From the NCBI GenBank assembly GCA_949878575.1, contig CATLAX010000001.1, positions 99,214 to 163,213 of the forward strand: 64,000 bases of DNA, read 5' to 3'. A model generated the notes under the pieces. It searched no databases. It was not told the DNA's origin and was given only the letters and a program-made list of their open reading frames with translations. The translations under genes were made by a program, and so were the position numbers. Shown in pieces: positions 39,094 to 48,059 of the stretch (positions are counted from its first letter, which is position 1; the number at the start of each line of letters is the position of its first letter). The DNA comes from an uncultured Alphaproteobacteria bacterium (lineage in GTDB: Bacteria; Pseudomonadota; Alphaproteobacteria; Rs-D84).

Positions 39094-39783
39094 ATGATAG
39101 GAACGGATGATTATTTTGACGATATAGGCGCGCACAAGGCGTTGTGGTGCACGGCGCCCGATTCCGGTGATTTGGCCCGTGTGGCCGCAATGGCGGCCTT
39201 GCATCCGATGCCAATGATATCCGCCGTCCCCGATGATGTGGCGATGCTGTGGGCGTGGCTGGAAAAGACGCCTGCGCGGATATTTGCGCGATTTTACATG
39301 CCGGCGCGCGGGGCGCGTGATGAACGCGTTGTTTCCGGTTTGACCGCTCGGATAAACACCGCGTTTAAACAGGGGGCGCATGGCGCGCAGATTTTTATGC
39401 GGGCCTCGGACTTAATGGATTTTGCGGACGGAATGGGTGCCGTTCGTGATGATTTGTTCTTTAACCGTACGCTGGCCGTTGGCGTTGATGTGGCGGATGT
39501 CGGGCCTTTTGAATGGGGGGGCGTGTTTGATGCGGTCCGCCGCCTGCGGGCCGGGGCGCTGGTAATCGTGCTGGCGCGGGACGGCGGTGCGCGGTGTGAT
39601 TTTGTCGGGCGGATTTATGCGGCGCTGAACGCGGCGGCGGATGCAAAGTGTGATTTGCATTTCGTTCTGGGCGGCGCGGCCATGCGGGCCGAACAGGCGT
39701 TGCGCCTGGTCCGTGCAATGCGGCCTGAAATGGCGGGCGGCGTGCGGGTTTTTGTGCCGGCCGGCAACGGGGGTGTGTCATGA
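39094..39783 (+). CDS. hypothetical protein, possible degenerate DeoC-like TIM barrel
   Basis: alternating beta/alpha pattern; AFKQGAHGAQIFM resembles AxxxGAxEIDMV. Confidence 0.5.
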   Translation: MIGTDDYFDDIGAHKALWCTAPDSGDLARVAAMAALHPMPMISAVPDDVAMLWAWLEKTPARIFARFYMPARGARDERVVSGLTARINTAFKQGAHGAQIFMRASDLMDFADGMGAVRDDLFFNRTLAVGVDVADVGPFEWGGVFDAVRRLRAGALVIVLARDGGARCDFVGRIYAALNAAADAKCDLHFVLGGAAMRAEQALRLVRAMRPEMAGGVRVFVPAGNGGVS

Positions 39784-40337
39784 AAAAAGTAATTATGGTT
39801 TTGTTTGTGTGTACGCCGGTTGCCGCAATGGCGATGGCCGACGCCACGCCGCCGGTATACGGTCGGCCGACGTTGTATGGCGAGTATGAGGCTGGCGCCC
39901 GTGATGCGGCGCGCGCGGCCCGGTTGTATGGTGATACGCCGCGTGCGGCGGCAATTGTTGCAAAAACAGGCGCCGCATCGGCCAGGCGGCCTGTGAAGGC
40001 AAAGGCGGCGGCGCCAAAGAAAGTGGCAAAAAAGAAGTCCGCAGATAAAAAGCCGTCGCCTGTAAAGGCGTCGCCGGCGCGCCGCGCCGATGTTGTACAG
40101 GTGCCGCCGCGCGTGATGGGTGCGGAAAAACCGGCGCCCGCACCGGTGCCGGAAAAGGCGCCATATGCGCCGTCGCCGTCGGTTGTTGCAATCGCGGGCG
40201 CCGCCAAAGACAGGCATGAAATGCGGGATGTTGATTCTTTTTGCACCCGCCGCGGCGCGCCGGTGCGCAAATCCGGCGTTCCGGGAATTGTTCTGATGCC
40301 GGGACGGCCTGATTTAATGAGCTGTGGCGTAAAATAG
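39780..40337 (+). CDS. exported hypothetical protein, Ala/Lys/Pro-rich
   Basis: signal peptide, low-complexity centre, C-terminal Cys pair. Confidence 0.65.
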   Translation: MKKVIMVLFVCTPVAAMAMADATPPVYGRPTLYGEYEAGARDAARAARLYGDTPRAAAIVAKTGAASARRPVKAKAAAPKKVAKKKSADKKPSPVKASPARRADVVQVPPRVMGAEKPAPAPVPEKAPYAPSPSVVAIAGAAKDRHEMRDVDSFCTRRGAPVRKSGVPGIVLMPGRPDLMSCGVK

Positions 40338-40964
40338 CTATTTGTTTTTTATCACGATATATTTTGGCGCGGATGTCGCCGCCATGTTTTTGTTCTGGTA
40401 GCGTGTGCGAACAATATCCAGTGACGGTGTTTCGTACGCCACGCGGGCATCCATTGCGCGCGCGCAAATCCAGTCAAAATATTCCCAATGGTCGGTGCCG
40501 ATTATTATTTCGCCGCCCGGCGCCAGGCGGCCCGCCAGTGTTTTTATAAATTCCGTCTGTAACAGGCGTCGTTTTTCATGACGCGCCTTTGGCCATGGGT
40601 CGGGGTGCAGAATCCATATGCGTTCAAACAGGGTGTTGCATTCGCGCAACAGTCCGCGCACGTCGTCCGGCCATATTCGTATGTTTTTATATTCCGGCAA
40701 AATATTGTTTTTCCCGTCTGTTATCGCCGACATTAATGACGCCACGCCGTTTACAAACGGTTCCGCACCGATAATTGTTTTTTTCGGATTTTCAAGTGCG
40801 ATGGCGCGCACGTGTTCGCCGGCGCCGAAGCCTATTTCCAGTATAACGCGGCCCGCCGGTAATTTTTCCGGCCGCGGCAGCCTGTTTTCAATCAGCCACT
40901 GTTGGCGTGCGGACAGTTTTTTGCCGTGTCGCCGCCCAAAAGTTCTTATTTCTTGTTTTTCCAT
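40338..40964 (-). CDS. trmB: tRNA (guanine-N7)-methyltransferase
   Basis: RTFGRRHG, LEIGFGAGEH, PDPWPKARHEKRRL, TRYQ. Confidence 0.93.
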   Translation of the reverse strand: MEKQEIRTFGRRHGKKLSARQQWLIENRLPRPEKLPAGRVILEIGFGAGEHVRAIALENPKKTIIGAEPFVNGVASLMSAITDGKNNILPEYKNIRIWPDDVRGLLRECNTLFERIWILHPDPWPKARHEKRRLLQTEFIKTLAGRLAPGGEIIIGTDHWEYFDWICARAMDARVAYETPSLDIVRTRYQNKNMAATSAPKYIVIKNK

Positions 40965-41011
40965 ATAATTAGTATAAAATTGCAAATGCAATAAAACAAG
41001 GTTATTTAATT

Positions 41012-42589
41012 ATGAGACAAGGTTTACCCGCCGATTTGATTGAGCGCATACTGGGGGCGGCCCCGAAATACACGATGGAGCAGTTGGAAAAGAAATTCCC
41101 GCCGCGTAATTTGAAAGAGGGGGCCTGTGTCACCCGATTCGCGCCCAGTCCCACGGGATTCATGCATTTGGGCGGATTGTACGGTGCACTGATTGACTGT
41201 AAGCTGGCACGGCAGACGGGCGGTGTTTTCATGCTGCGCATAGAGGACACGGACACCAAGCGCGAGGTTGAATCCGCCGTTGACGTGATAGTGTCGTCCA
41301 TGCACCGGTTCGGTTTGGCGTATGACAATGATGAAACGTACGGACCTTATCATCAATCGCAGCGGCGCGACATTTATCACAGTGTGGCGGCGGACCTGAT
41401 GGCGCGCGGTATGGCGTACCCTTGCTTTTTGACGGCGGACGACATGGAAAAGATTCGTGAAAATCAAAAGGCGGCGGGGTTTGCGACCGGTATTTACGGT
41501 GAATTTGCACGCGACCGCGATTTGACCGCGGATGAAATAGCCGCCCGTCTGGACGCGGGGGTGTGTCCGTCGGTGCGCCTGTATTCCGAAGGGAATCCGG
41601 AGCGGCGCATTTTCTGCAAGGACGTTGTTCGCGGTTCAATCGGATTTCCGGAAAACAACGAGGATATTGTCTTAATCAAGTCAAACGATAAACTGCCGAC
41701 GTATCATTTCGCGCATCTGGTGGACGATCATTTTATGCGCACAACGCACGTTGTCCGCGGCGAGGAATGGCTGCCGTCGTTTCCGTTGCATACGGCGCTG
41801 TTTCGCATGATGGGATGGGCCGCGCCGATGTACATTCACACGTCAACCATTGATAAAATTGATGCCGAAACCGGCAAGCAAAGAAAACTGTCCAAGCGCA
41901 AGGATCCGGAGGCAAACGTTGAATATTTCCTGCGCGACGGATGGCCGGTGGAGGCGGTGCTGGAATACCTGGGTAATATTGCGGCGTCCGGTTACGAGGA
42001 GGCAAAGACCAAAGGCACGGTAAAATCCATTTGGGATTATGAAATGCGGCCTAAAAAGATACCGATGTCGGGTGCGCTGTTTGACATGAAGAAGCTGGAA
42101 TGGTGGGCCAAAGAATTTATCGCCACAATGCCGGTGTCGGATTTGGCGGCGCGCATTACGGAATGGGCGACGGAGTACGGCGACAAAAATCACAAGAAAC
42201 AGATTGCAAATTCAGAGTATCTGGCGGCTGTTCTGGGGATAGAGCGCGACAATCCAAAACGTATCCGCAAGGATTTCATAACATGGCGCCAGACGCTGGA
42301 TACTGTTGGTTTCTTCTGGGATGAATTGTTTGTGCCGAATATGGAATTTGAATACAACCGTGATGTACTGCGTGAATTTTTGCGCGTCTATGACCCGGCG
42401 GACGACAAGGATGCATGGTGGGCAAAAATGGTCGCGATTGCCGAAAACTTGGGAATTAAAAACGGCGATGCGGCGATGACACTGCGCGTGGCGCTGGCGG
42501 GGCGCACTAACACGCCCGATTTGTATTCCATTATAAAAGTTATGGGGCCCGTGCGCGTTCGTGCCAGAATAGGAGAGATTTTAAAATGA
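41012..42589 (+). CDS. gltX: glutamate--tRNA ligase
   Basis: TRFAPSPTGFMHLGG, LRIEDTD, PTYHFAHLVDDHFM, RGEEW, KLSKRK. Confidence 0.95.
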   Translation: MRQGLPADLIERILGAAPKYTMEQLEKKFPPRNLKEGACVTRFAPSPTGFMHLGGLYGALIDCKLARQTGGVFMLRIEDTDTKREVESAVDVIVSSMHRFGLAYDNDETYGPYHQSQRRDIYHSVAADLMARGMAYPCFLTADDMEKIRENQKAAGFATGIYGEFARDRDLTADEIAARLDAGVCPSVRLYSEGNPERRIFCKDVVRGSIGFPENNEDIVLIKSNDKLPTYHFAHLVDDHFMRTTHVVRGEEWLPSFPLHTALFRMMGWAAPMYIHTSTIDKIDAETGKQRKLSKRKDPEANVEYFLRDGWPVEAVLEYLGNIAASGYEEAKTKGTVKSIWDYEMRPKKIPMSGALFDMKKLEWWAKEFIATMPVSDLAARITEWATEYGDKNHKKQIANSEYLAAVLGIERDNPKRIRKDFITWRQTLDTVGFFWDELFVPNMEFEYNRDVLREFLRVYDPADDKDAWWAKMVAIAENLGIKNGDAAMTLRVALAGRTNTPDLYSIIKVMGPVRVRARIGEILK

Positions 42590-43332
42590 CAAAAAGCAGA
42601 AAGGTTGTTCGTAAAAAACTGAAACAGGTAAAAAAAGATTCGCATGCGTCACACTTGTTGCGAGTGCTGCGTGCGGCCGGTCTGTTCCGGTGGGAGCGCC
42701 CGTCAAGCCGCGCCGAGGAAGTGTTGAATATTTTAACGCACGGTATCGGCATAGGGCTGGCGATGGCCGGATTGACACTGTTGGTGGTGTTTGCGGTATT
42801 GGCCCATAACACCTGGGCGATTGTGTCGTGTGCGATATTCGGGCTGACCATGTTCACGTTGTATTTCGGTTCCACCATGTGTCATGCGATGATCGGCCAA
42901 AAATCAGAGTGTTTTTTTGAGGTCTGGGACAGTGTCGCTATTTATGCGCTGATTGCCGGAACGTATACGCCGTTTTGTCTGGTTAATCTGCGCGGTGGAC
43001 TGGGGTGGACGGTATTCGGCATTTTATGGGCGATTACCATATTTGGTGCGGCAATGAAGATTGCGCGTCCCAAAGAGCAGCCGAAATGGATGGTGTTGCT
43101 GTATCTGGTCATGGGATGGACGCTGTTGTTTATTCTGCCGGCGATGCTGCGCCATATATCCGCGCGCGGAATGTGGTTTATTCTGGCGGGGGGGCTCTCG
43201 TATTCGCTGGGGGTGATATTTTACCTGTGGCGGCGCATGAAGTATTCCCATGCCGTGTGGCATCTGTTTGTAATCGGCGGCAGTGTGTGTTTCTTTTTCG
43301 CCGTTTTGTTCGGATGTATTATTGATTTCTAA
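42586..43332 (+). CDS. hemolysin III / PAQR family membrane protein
   Basis: EEVLNILTHGIG, DSVAIYALIAGTYTPF, HAVWHLFV. Confidence 0.92.
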   Translation: MTKSRKVVRKKLKQVKKDSHASHLLRVLRAAGLFRWERPSSRAEEVLNILTHGIGIGLAMAGLTLLVVFAVLAHNTWAIVSCAIFGLTMFTLYFGSTMCHAMIGQKSECFFEVWDSVAIYALIAGTYTPFCLVNLRGGLGWTVFGILWAITIFGAAMKIARPKEQPKWMVLLYLVMGWTLLFILPAMLRHISARGMWFILAGGLSYSLGVIFYLWRRMKYSHAVWHLFVIGGSVCFFFAVLFGCIIDF

Positions 43333-43358
43333 AAAAACGGGGGAGGCCCCGTTTTTTT
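43331..43358 (+). terminator. intrinsic terminator
   Basis: AAAAAAACGGGG-GAGG-CCCCGTTTTTTT. Confidence 0.85.
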
Positions 43359-43359
43359 A

Positions 43360-43387
43360 TTGTAAATGTTTTTGTTGAATATATAAT
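43360..43387 (+). promoter_or_regulatory. sigma70-type promoter for the copy B leader
   Basis: TTGTAA-16 bp-TATAAT. Confidence 0.6.
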
Positions 43388-43478
43388 TTTTTATGTCTTT
43401 GGGTGTTTCAAAGACGGGACCTAGAAATCTCTTGCAAAGCGCAGGGCGTGTTTAACACCTGTGAAAAATCCCAACCGT

Positions 43479-43549
43479 TGGTTGGGAGAGTGCCGAATAT
43501 ATAGAATAAGGCACGCAATTTCTTTGGATTGTTTCTAGTCTCCCGACCA
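43479..43549 (+). ncRNA. C4/CI-like antisense RNA (copy B)
   Basis: closing stem TGGTTGGGAGA/TCTCCCGACCA, P2 GTGCC/GGCAC, P3 GCAATT/GATTGT, junction TTTCTAG complementary to upstream CTAGAAA. Confidence 0.65.
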
Positions 43550-43572
43550 TCAGAAATGATGGTTGTTTTTTT
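43545..43572 (+). terminator. leader terminator hairpin
   Basis: GACCATCA-GAAA-TGATGGTT followed by GTTTTTTT, upstream of the DUF1796 start. Confidence 0.7.
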
Positions 43573-43604
43573 GCAAATACGATAGGAATAAAAGGAAATT
43601 GCAA

Positions 43605-44657
43605 ATGAAGGATTTTACCGCAAATTTTGTTTCAATGTTTATTGCGGACAAAAAACGCCGTCGTACGGTGCGCCGTAAAATAAAACACTGGAATGAACTG
43701 ATTTTGCCGACAGATGCGCAAAAAATGATAGCCGCCGCCACGGCACAGAATTTAGAGCAGGCGAGGAAAGAATATGATTTGTCAAAACTGCGTGAGGCCG
43801 CGGCAAAAAATCATGATTTGGCACGTCAATATATTGAGGTAAAAAAACAATGGCGCCGTCGGTGTGGCGGCGCGGCACCATTGCCGGGACGCTTTGCGGA
43901 ATATGATTTGGTGTTCGCAATAGGGGCGACATGTCATGTTTCATCGTTGTTGGCCTTTCATAAACTGCGCACGTTTTCGTCGCCGTTGGAATGGACTGCG
44001 GGGACAGAGCCGGAATTTTGGTATTCCAAACCGAATATATGGCGGGATTCGCGTTTTAAAGAGAAAATAAACGCGTTGTGCAACGATTTTAAAGACTGGT
44101 TTAATCCCGGTGATTTGCGGCCGGTAAGTCATTGGATGGCTAAAGAGGCGCATCAGGGCATTATAAACACAAAAACAAATATCAGATGGATGCATTTGTT
44201 TTCCAACAAAGAAAGTTTTGAATTGCAGATTGATAAAATACGTCAAAAAATGCAGATGCGTTCTGACAGGCTGCTTAAAGCCATAGCTGAATCGGAGCGT
44301 GTATTGGTGTGCTGGGTTGCCACTGTTGGCGATCAATGCTGTTTATTGGAGGCGCCCGTTTCTGATAAAGACATAAAGGATGCGCTAAAAAAACTGCATA
44401 AAAAATGGCCGGGCAAAGAATTTGATTTCGTTTTCTTTGAGCATGACGGGCGTAAAAATATATATGAATTTGACAGGATAGAGGTTGCGCCCAGCGCATA
44501 TCGTGTTCGCAGCAACCATTTCTTTAATGAAAATGCATATCGTTTTGTTGCGTCTTATTTGGAACATATTTGGCCAGAACCGGTAATGGCCGAAATGCTG
44601 GATAACGTATCCCTGACGGACAAGTTGGCGGATTTTATGAAGGCGGAGCAGGGATAG
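43605..44657 (+). CDS. DUF1796-like putative papain-fold cysteine peptidase
   Basis: YDLVFAIGATCHVSSLLAFHKLRTFSSPLEW matches the S/AxGxxC...LRxxSxPxD/EW pattern; RBS AAGGA. Confidence 0.65.
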   Translation: MKDFTANFVSMFIADKKRRRTVRRKIKHWNELILPTDAQKMIAAATAQNLEQARKEYDLSKLREAAAKNHDLARQYIEVKKQWRRRCGGAAPLPGRFAEYDLVFAIGATCHVSSLLAFHKLRTFSSPLEWTAGTEPEFWYSKPNIWRDSRFKEKINALCNDFKDWFNPGDLRPVSHWMAKEAHQGIINTKTNIRWMHLFSNKESFELQIDKIRQKMQMRSDRLLKAIAESERVLVCWVATVGDQCCLLEAPVSDKDIKDALKKLHKKWPGKEFDFVFFEHDGRKNIYEFDRIEVAPSAYRVRSNHFFNENAYRFVASYLEHIWPEPVMAEMLDNVSLTDKLADFMKAEQG

Positions 44658-44717
44658 GTATGCGGGGGACGAAATGTCCCCTTGATTTTTTTTGCGCCAT
44701 GTATTATTATAACGGGG

Positions 44718-44774
44718 ATGAAAAAATACATGTTTGTTTTTACAGCCACAACTACGACCCCTTTGGGGGTGTAA
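44718..44774 (+). CDS. putative thrS leader peptide MKKYMFVFTATTTTPLGV
   Basis: ATG at 44718, TAA at 44772; five Thr codons including the run ACA ACT ACG ACC; ends 85 bp upstream of thrS. Confidence 0.7.
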   Translation: MKKYMFVFTATTTTPLGV

Positions 44775-44859
44775 TTTCTATTTGCGGTTTTTGCCGCGCG
44801 CGTTATAATCAAATCATACTTTAATTTAATCTAAACAAGTTATTTAAGGGTTATATATT

Positions 44860-46593
44860 ATGTCTTATCCTATTGAAACAGTTCGGCATTCTTTGGCGCA
44901 TGTCATGGCGGCCGCGGTTAAAAAACTTTATCCTGATGTTAAATTTGCGGGCGGCCCCGCGATTGAAAACGGCTTTTACTATGACTTTGACACGGAATAC
45001 AGGTTTTCAGAGGAAGATTTTTCAAAGATTGAGCAGGAAATGCGTTCTTTGATTAAATCAAACGGCCGCTTTGAACAGCGTAATGTCACCCCGGCCGAGG
45101 CCATGGAAATATTTGCCGGCCAGCCGTACAAGATGGAATGGCTGCGCGAATATGATGCGGCGGGCGATGCGCTGTCAATTTACACTTTCCGTGATTTTAC
45201 GGATCTGTGTCGCGGGCCCCATGTTGAATCATCCAAAGAACTGCCGCGTGATGCGTTTAAAATCCGCAGTGTCGCCGGCGCATACTGGAAGGGTGACGCA
45301 AAAAACAAAATGCTGCAGCGCATTTATGTTGACGCGTTTGCCACAAAAGAAGATCTGGATGCGCATTTAAAGATGATGGAGCAGGCCGCCGCGCGCGACA
45401 ACCGCAAACTGGGCAAAGACATGGATCTGTTTCATTTTGAGCCGGATTACGCCCCCGGCGCCGTGTTCTGGCATGACAAGGGGTATAAGATTTACCGCAG
45501 GCTGATTGATTATATCCGCATGCGCCAGGAACGTGCGGGCTACCTGGAAATATCAACGCCGTCCGTTATGGACCGCTCTCTGTGGGAGCGCAGCGGCCAC
45601 TGGGCCAAGTATGGCGAACACAATTATTCCGGCAAGACCCAGGACGGCAAGACATTCTGTGTAAAGCCGATGTCGTGCCCGGGCGGAATGCTGGTGTTCG
45701 GACAGGGGATAAAGTCTTATAAAGACCTGCCCATGTATCTGGCGGAATTCGGCAAGGTTAACCGGTACGAGGCCGCCGGCGGTCTGTCCGGACTGATGCG
45801 CGTTCGTGAATTTACGCAGGACGACGCCCATATTTTCTGCACTGAAGAACAGCTGGAGGCGGAGGTTGTAAAAATCTTGCGCTTTATTAAGGATATTTAC
45901 GGCAAGTTCGGTTTTGACAAAATTTCCATGAAGCTGGCGACGCGCCGCGAATCGGAATTCCGTATCGGATCCGATGAGGTTTGGGACAAGGCCGAGGGCG
46001 CATTGCGTCATGCGCTGGAGGCGAACGGGATAGAGTTTGAGGTTGCACCCGGCGACGCCGCATTTTACGGGCCGAAAATAGACAATTATCTGCGAGATTC
46101 CATGGGACGCATATGGCAGTGCGGCACCATTCAGCTGGACATGAATCTGCCGGAGCGCTTTGATTTGTCGTATATCGGCGAAGACGGTGAAAAGCACCGG
46201 CCGATTATGCTGCATCGTGCAATGCTGGGGTCTATTGAGCGGTTTATGGGAATCCTGTTGGAATCAACGGGCGGGAACCTGCCGCTGTGGCTAAGTCCGG
46301 AGGCGGTCGTTGTAACGCCCATTTCGGAAAAGTATCGTGACTATGCGGTTCTGGTTGCGGATAAACTGCGCGCGGCCGGCGTCTATGCGCGCACGGATTT
46401 GCGTGATGAAAAGGTAAATTACAAGATTCGTGAACTGTCGCTGGCCAAGACGCCGATTATTGCGGTTGTCGGTGAAAAAGAGGCTGCGGACAACACCGTG
46501 ACGCTGCGCCGTTTGGGTGTGGAACGCCAGGAAACCGTCGCGCTGGACGATTTCGTGTCAGATATGCGCGCGGCTGTGAAAATGCCCGATTAA
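44860..46593 (+). CDS. thrS: threonine--tRNA ligase (no N-terminal TGS domain)
   Basis: RHSLAHVMA, DLCRGPHV, KPMSCPG, RVREFTQDDAHIF, AFYGPKID, HRAMLGSIERF. Confidence 0.97.
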   Translation: MSYPIETVRHSLAHVMAAAVKKLYPDVKFAGGPAIENGFYYDFDTEYRFSEEDFSKIEQEMRSLIKSNGRFEQRNVTPAEAMEIFAGQPYKMEWLREYDAAGDALSIYTFRDFTDLCRGPHVESSKELPRDAFKIRSVAGAYWKGDAKNKMLQRIYVDAFATKEDLDAHLKMMEQAAARDNRKLGKDMDLFHFEPDYAPGAVFWHDKGYKIYRRLIDYIRMRQERAGYLEISTPSVMDRSLWERSGHWAKYGEHNYSGKTQDGKTFCVKPMSCPGGMLVFGQGIKSYKDLPMYLAEFGKVNRYEAAGGLSGLMRVREFTQDDAHIFCTEEQLEAEVVKILRFIKDIYGKFGFDKISMKLATRRESEFRIGSDEVWDKAEGALRHALEANGIEFEVAPGDAAFYGPKIDNYLRDSMGRIWQCGTIQLDMNLPERFDLSYIGEDGEKHRPIMLHRAMLGSIERFMGILLESTGGNLPLWLSPEAVVVTPISEKYRDYAVLVADKLRAAGVYARTDLRDEKVNYKIRELSLAKTPIIAVVGEKEAADNTVTLRRLGVERQETVALDDFVSDMRAAVKMPD

Positions 46594-46647
46594 GATGTGT
46601 GCGGCGGCGGTTGCGCCGCCGCATTAATTATGAAAAAGGAGAAAGGA

Positions 46648-46785
46648 ATGAAGAAAATGGTTTTGCTGGCCCTGGTGCTGATGCCGATGCTGGCCGCGTG
46701 TGCAACAAAATGCGAATCGGAGCCGATTGTGGCAGAAAATCACAAACTGATTGTGCCGCCAAATTTTGGCCAGATGCCGAAATAA
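46648..46785 (+). CDS. small lipoprotein
   Basis: lipobox LAAC, LIVPPNF motif, RBS AAGGA. Confidence 0.7.
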   Translation: MKKMVLLALVLMPMLAACATKCESEPIVAENHKLIVPPNFGQMPK

Positions 46786-46891
46786 AAAAACGGAATAGAT
46801 TCCGGCGCGGTGCGCGCATGTTGTACACAGATATTCTTTGTTATGGGAATATTTTTATGATATAATATGCAAAACAGTATGGGGGATTTTC

Positions 46892-47710
46892 ATGAATAAC
46901 GACGACAACTTGGATTTACTGGATTTGGACGAAGGCGGCAGTGTGGACACATTGCCGGATGCCGCGCCGTTTGCATCGCCGCGTGCGAAGAAGCCGTGGC
47001 TGCTGCTGGGGATTGGGGTGCTGGTTATCATTTTGGCGACATATATAATTGTTCGCACCGTTGCATCCGATTCGTCGTCATCTATTGAGGTTGATTTGGA
47101 TGCGCCCGTGGTAACCGACGTGGCGGATGTTCCCGGTGATACAATAATGGTACCGCCGATGGCGGATGACGGTGCGGCCCCCGTGGCGCCCGTAACAGGC
47201 AGTGTCGCCGATACGCCGGATGCGCCCACGCCCGCGCCTGCACCAGAGTTGAAGCCCGTGGCAAAGCCGGCCACGCCCGCACCGGTTGCACAGAACAACG
47301 CCGGCTCCCCCGTGCGCGTGATAGAGGATCGCAAGGACGTGACATTTAATCCGGATGCACCGGCACCGGCGCCGAAGCCTGCGGCAAAGCCGGCGGCGAA
47401 AAAGCCGGCCGCTGCGTCAAAGCCCGCGGCGAAGCCCGCGCCAAAGAAGCAGGTGGCGGCGGCAAACGGTTCTTGGTATGTTCAGTTCGGTTCATACAGC
47501 ACCCGTTCGCTGGCGGAAAATGCGGGCAAAAAACTGCGTAATTCGCACGGCAGTCTGTTTAACGGCCGCCAGTTTGTAGTGTTGGCCGCGGTAATGAAGG
47601 ATGGCAGTACGGTTTACCGCCTGCGTGTTCCGTTTGCAACATCCGGAGAGGCGAACAGTTTCTGCCGCAATGCAAAGTCTGATGGTCTGGATTGTTACGT
47701 CGCAAAATAG
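46892..47710 (+). CDS. SPOR-domain cell division protein
   Basis: single TM, Pro/Ala linker, WYVQFGSYST...VYRLRVPF...FCRNAKSDGLDC. Confidence 0.85.
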   Translation: MNNDDNLDLLDLDEGGSVDTLPDAAPFASPRAKKPWLLLGIGVLVIILATYIIVRTVASDSSSSIEVDLDAPVVTDVADVPGDTIMVPPMADDGAAPVAPVTGSVADTPDAPTPAPAPELKPVAKPATPAPVAQNNAGSPVRVIEDRKDVTFNPDAPAPAPKPAAKPAAKKPAAASKPAAKPAPKKQVAAANGSWYVQFGSYSTRSLAENAGKKLRNSHGSLFNGRQFVVLAAVMKDGSTVYRLRVPFATSGEANSFCRNAKSDGLDCYVAK

Positions 47711-47722
47711 GGAGGTGTTGAT

Positions 47723-48010
47723 ATGAGACCCGGTTTATGGCAAATTTTACTGGTTGTTGTCTTGATTTTCATTCTGTTCGGCAGCAGCAAGATTCCGGAT
47801 ATGATGAAGAATCTGGCGGGTGGAATAAACGCCTTTAAAAAGGAATTAAAAGACGACGCGCCGGCGGGGGATAAAAAAGCGCCCGCCAAAAAAGCGGCGT
47901 CAAAAAAAGCAAATTCCGTAAAGCCGGCCGCAAAAAAGTCCGGGGTCAAAAAAACAGCGGCAAAGCCGGCCGGTAAAAAAAGCGTCCAAAAAACGCCGCG
48001 GAAAAAATAA
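47723..48010 (+). CDS. tatA: twin-arginine translocase TatA
   Basis: GLWQILLVVVLIFILFGSSKIPDMMKNLAGGINAFKK. Confidence 0.92.
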   Translation: MRPGLWQILLVVVLIFILFGSSKIPDMMKNLAGGINAFKKELKDDAPAGDKKAPAKKAASKKANSVKPAAKKSGVKKTAAKPAGKKSVQKTPRKK

Positions 48011-48030
48011 AGCGCGATAAACAATGCAAC

Positions 48031-48059
48031 AAAAACAGGCGCCGCGGCGCCTGTTTTTT
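48031..48059. terminator. bidirectional intrinsic terminator
   Basis: AAAAACAGGCGCCGCGGCGCCTGTTTTT palindrome. Confidence 0.8.
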
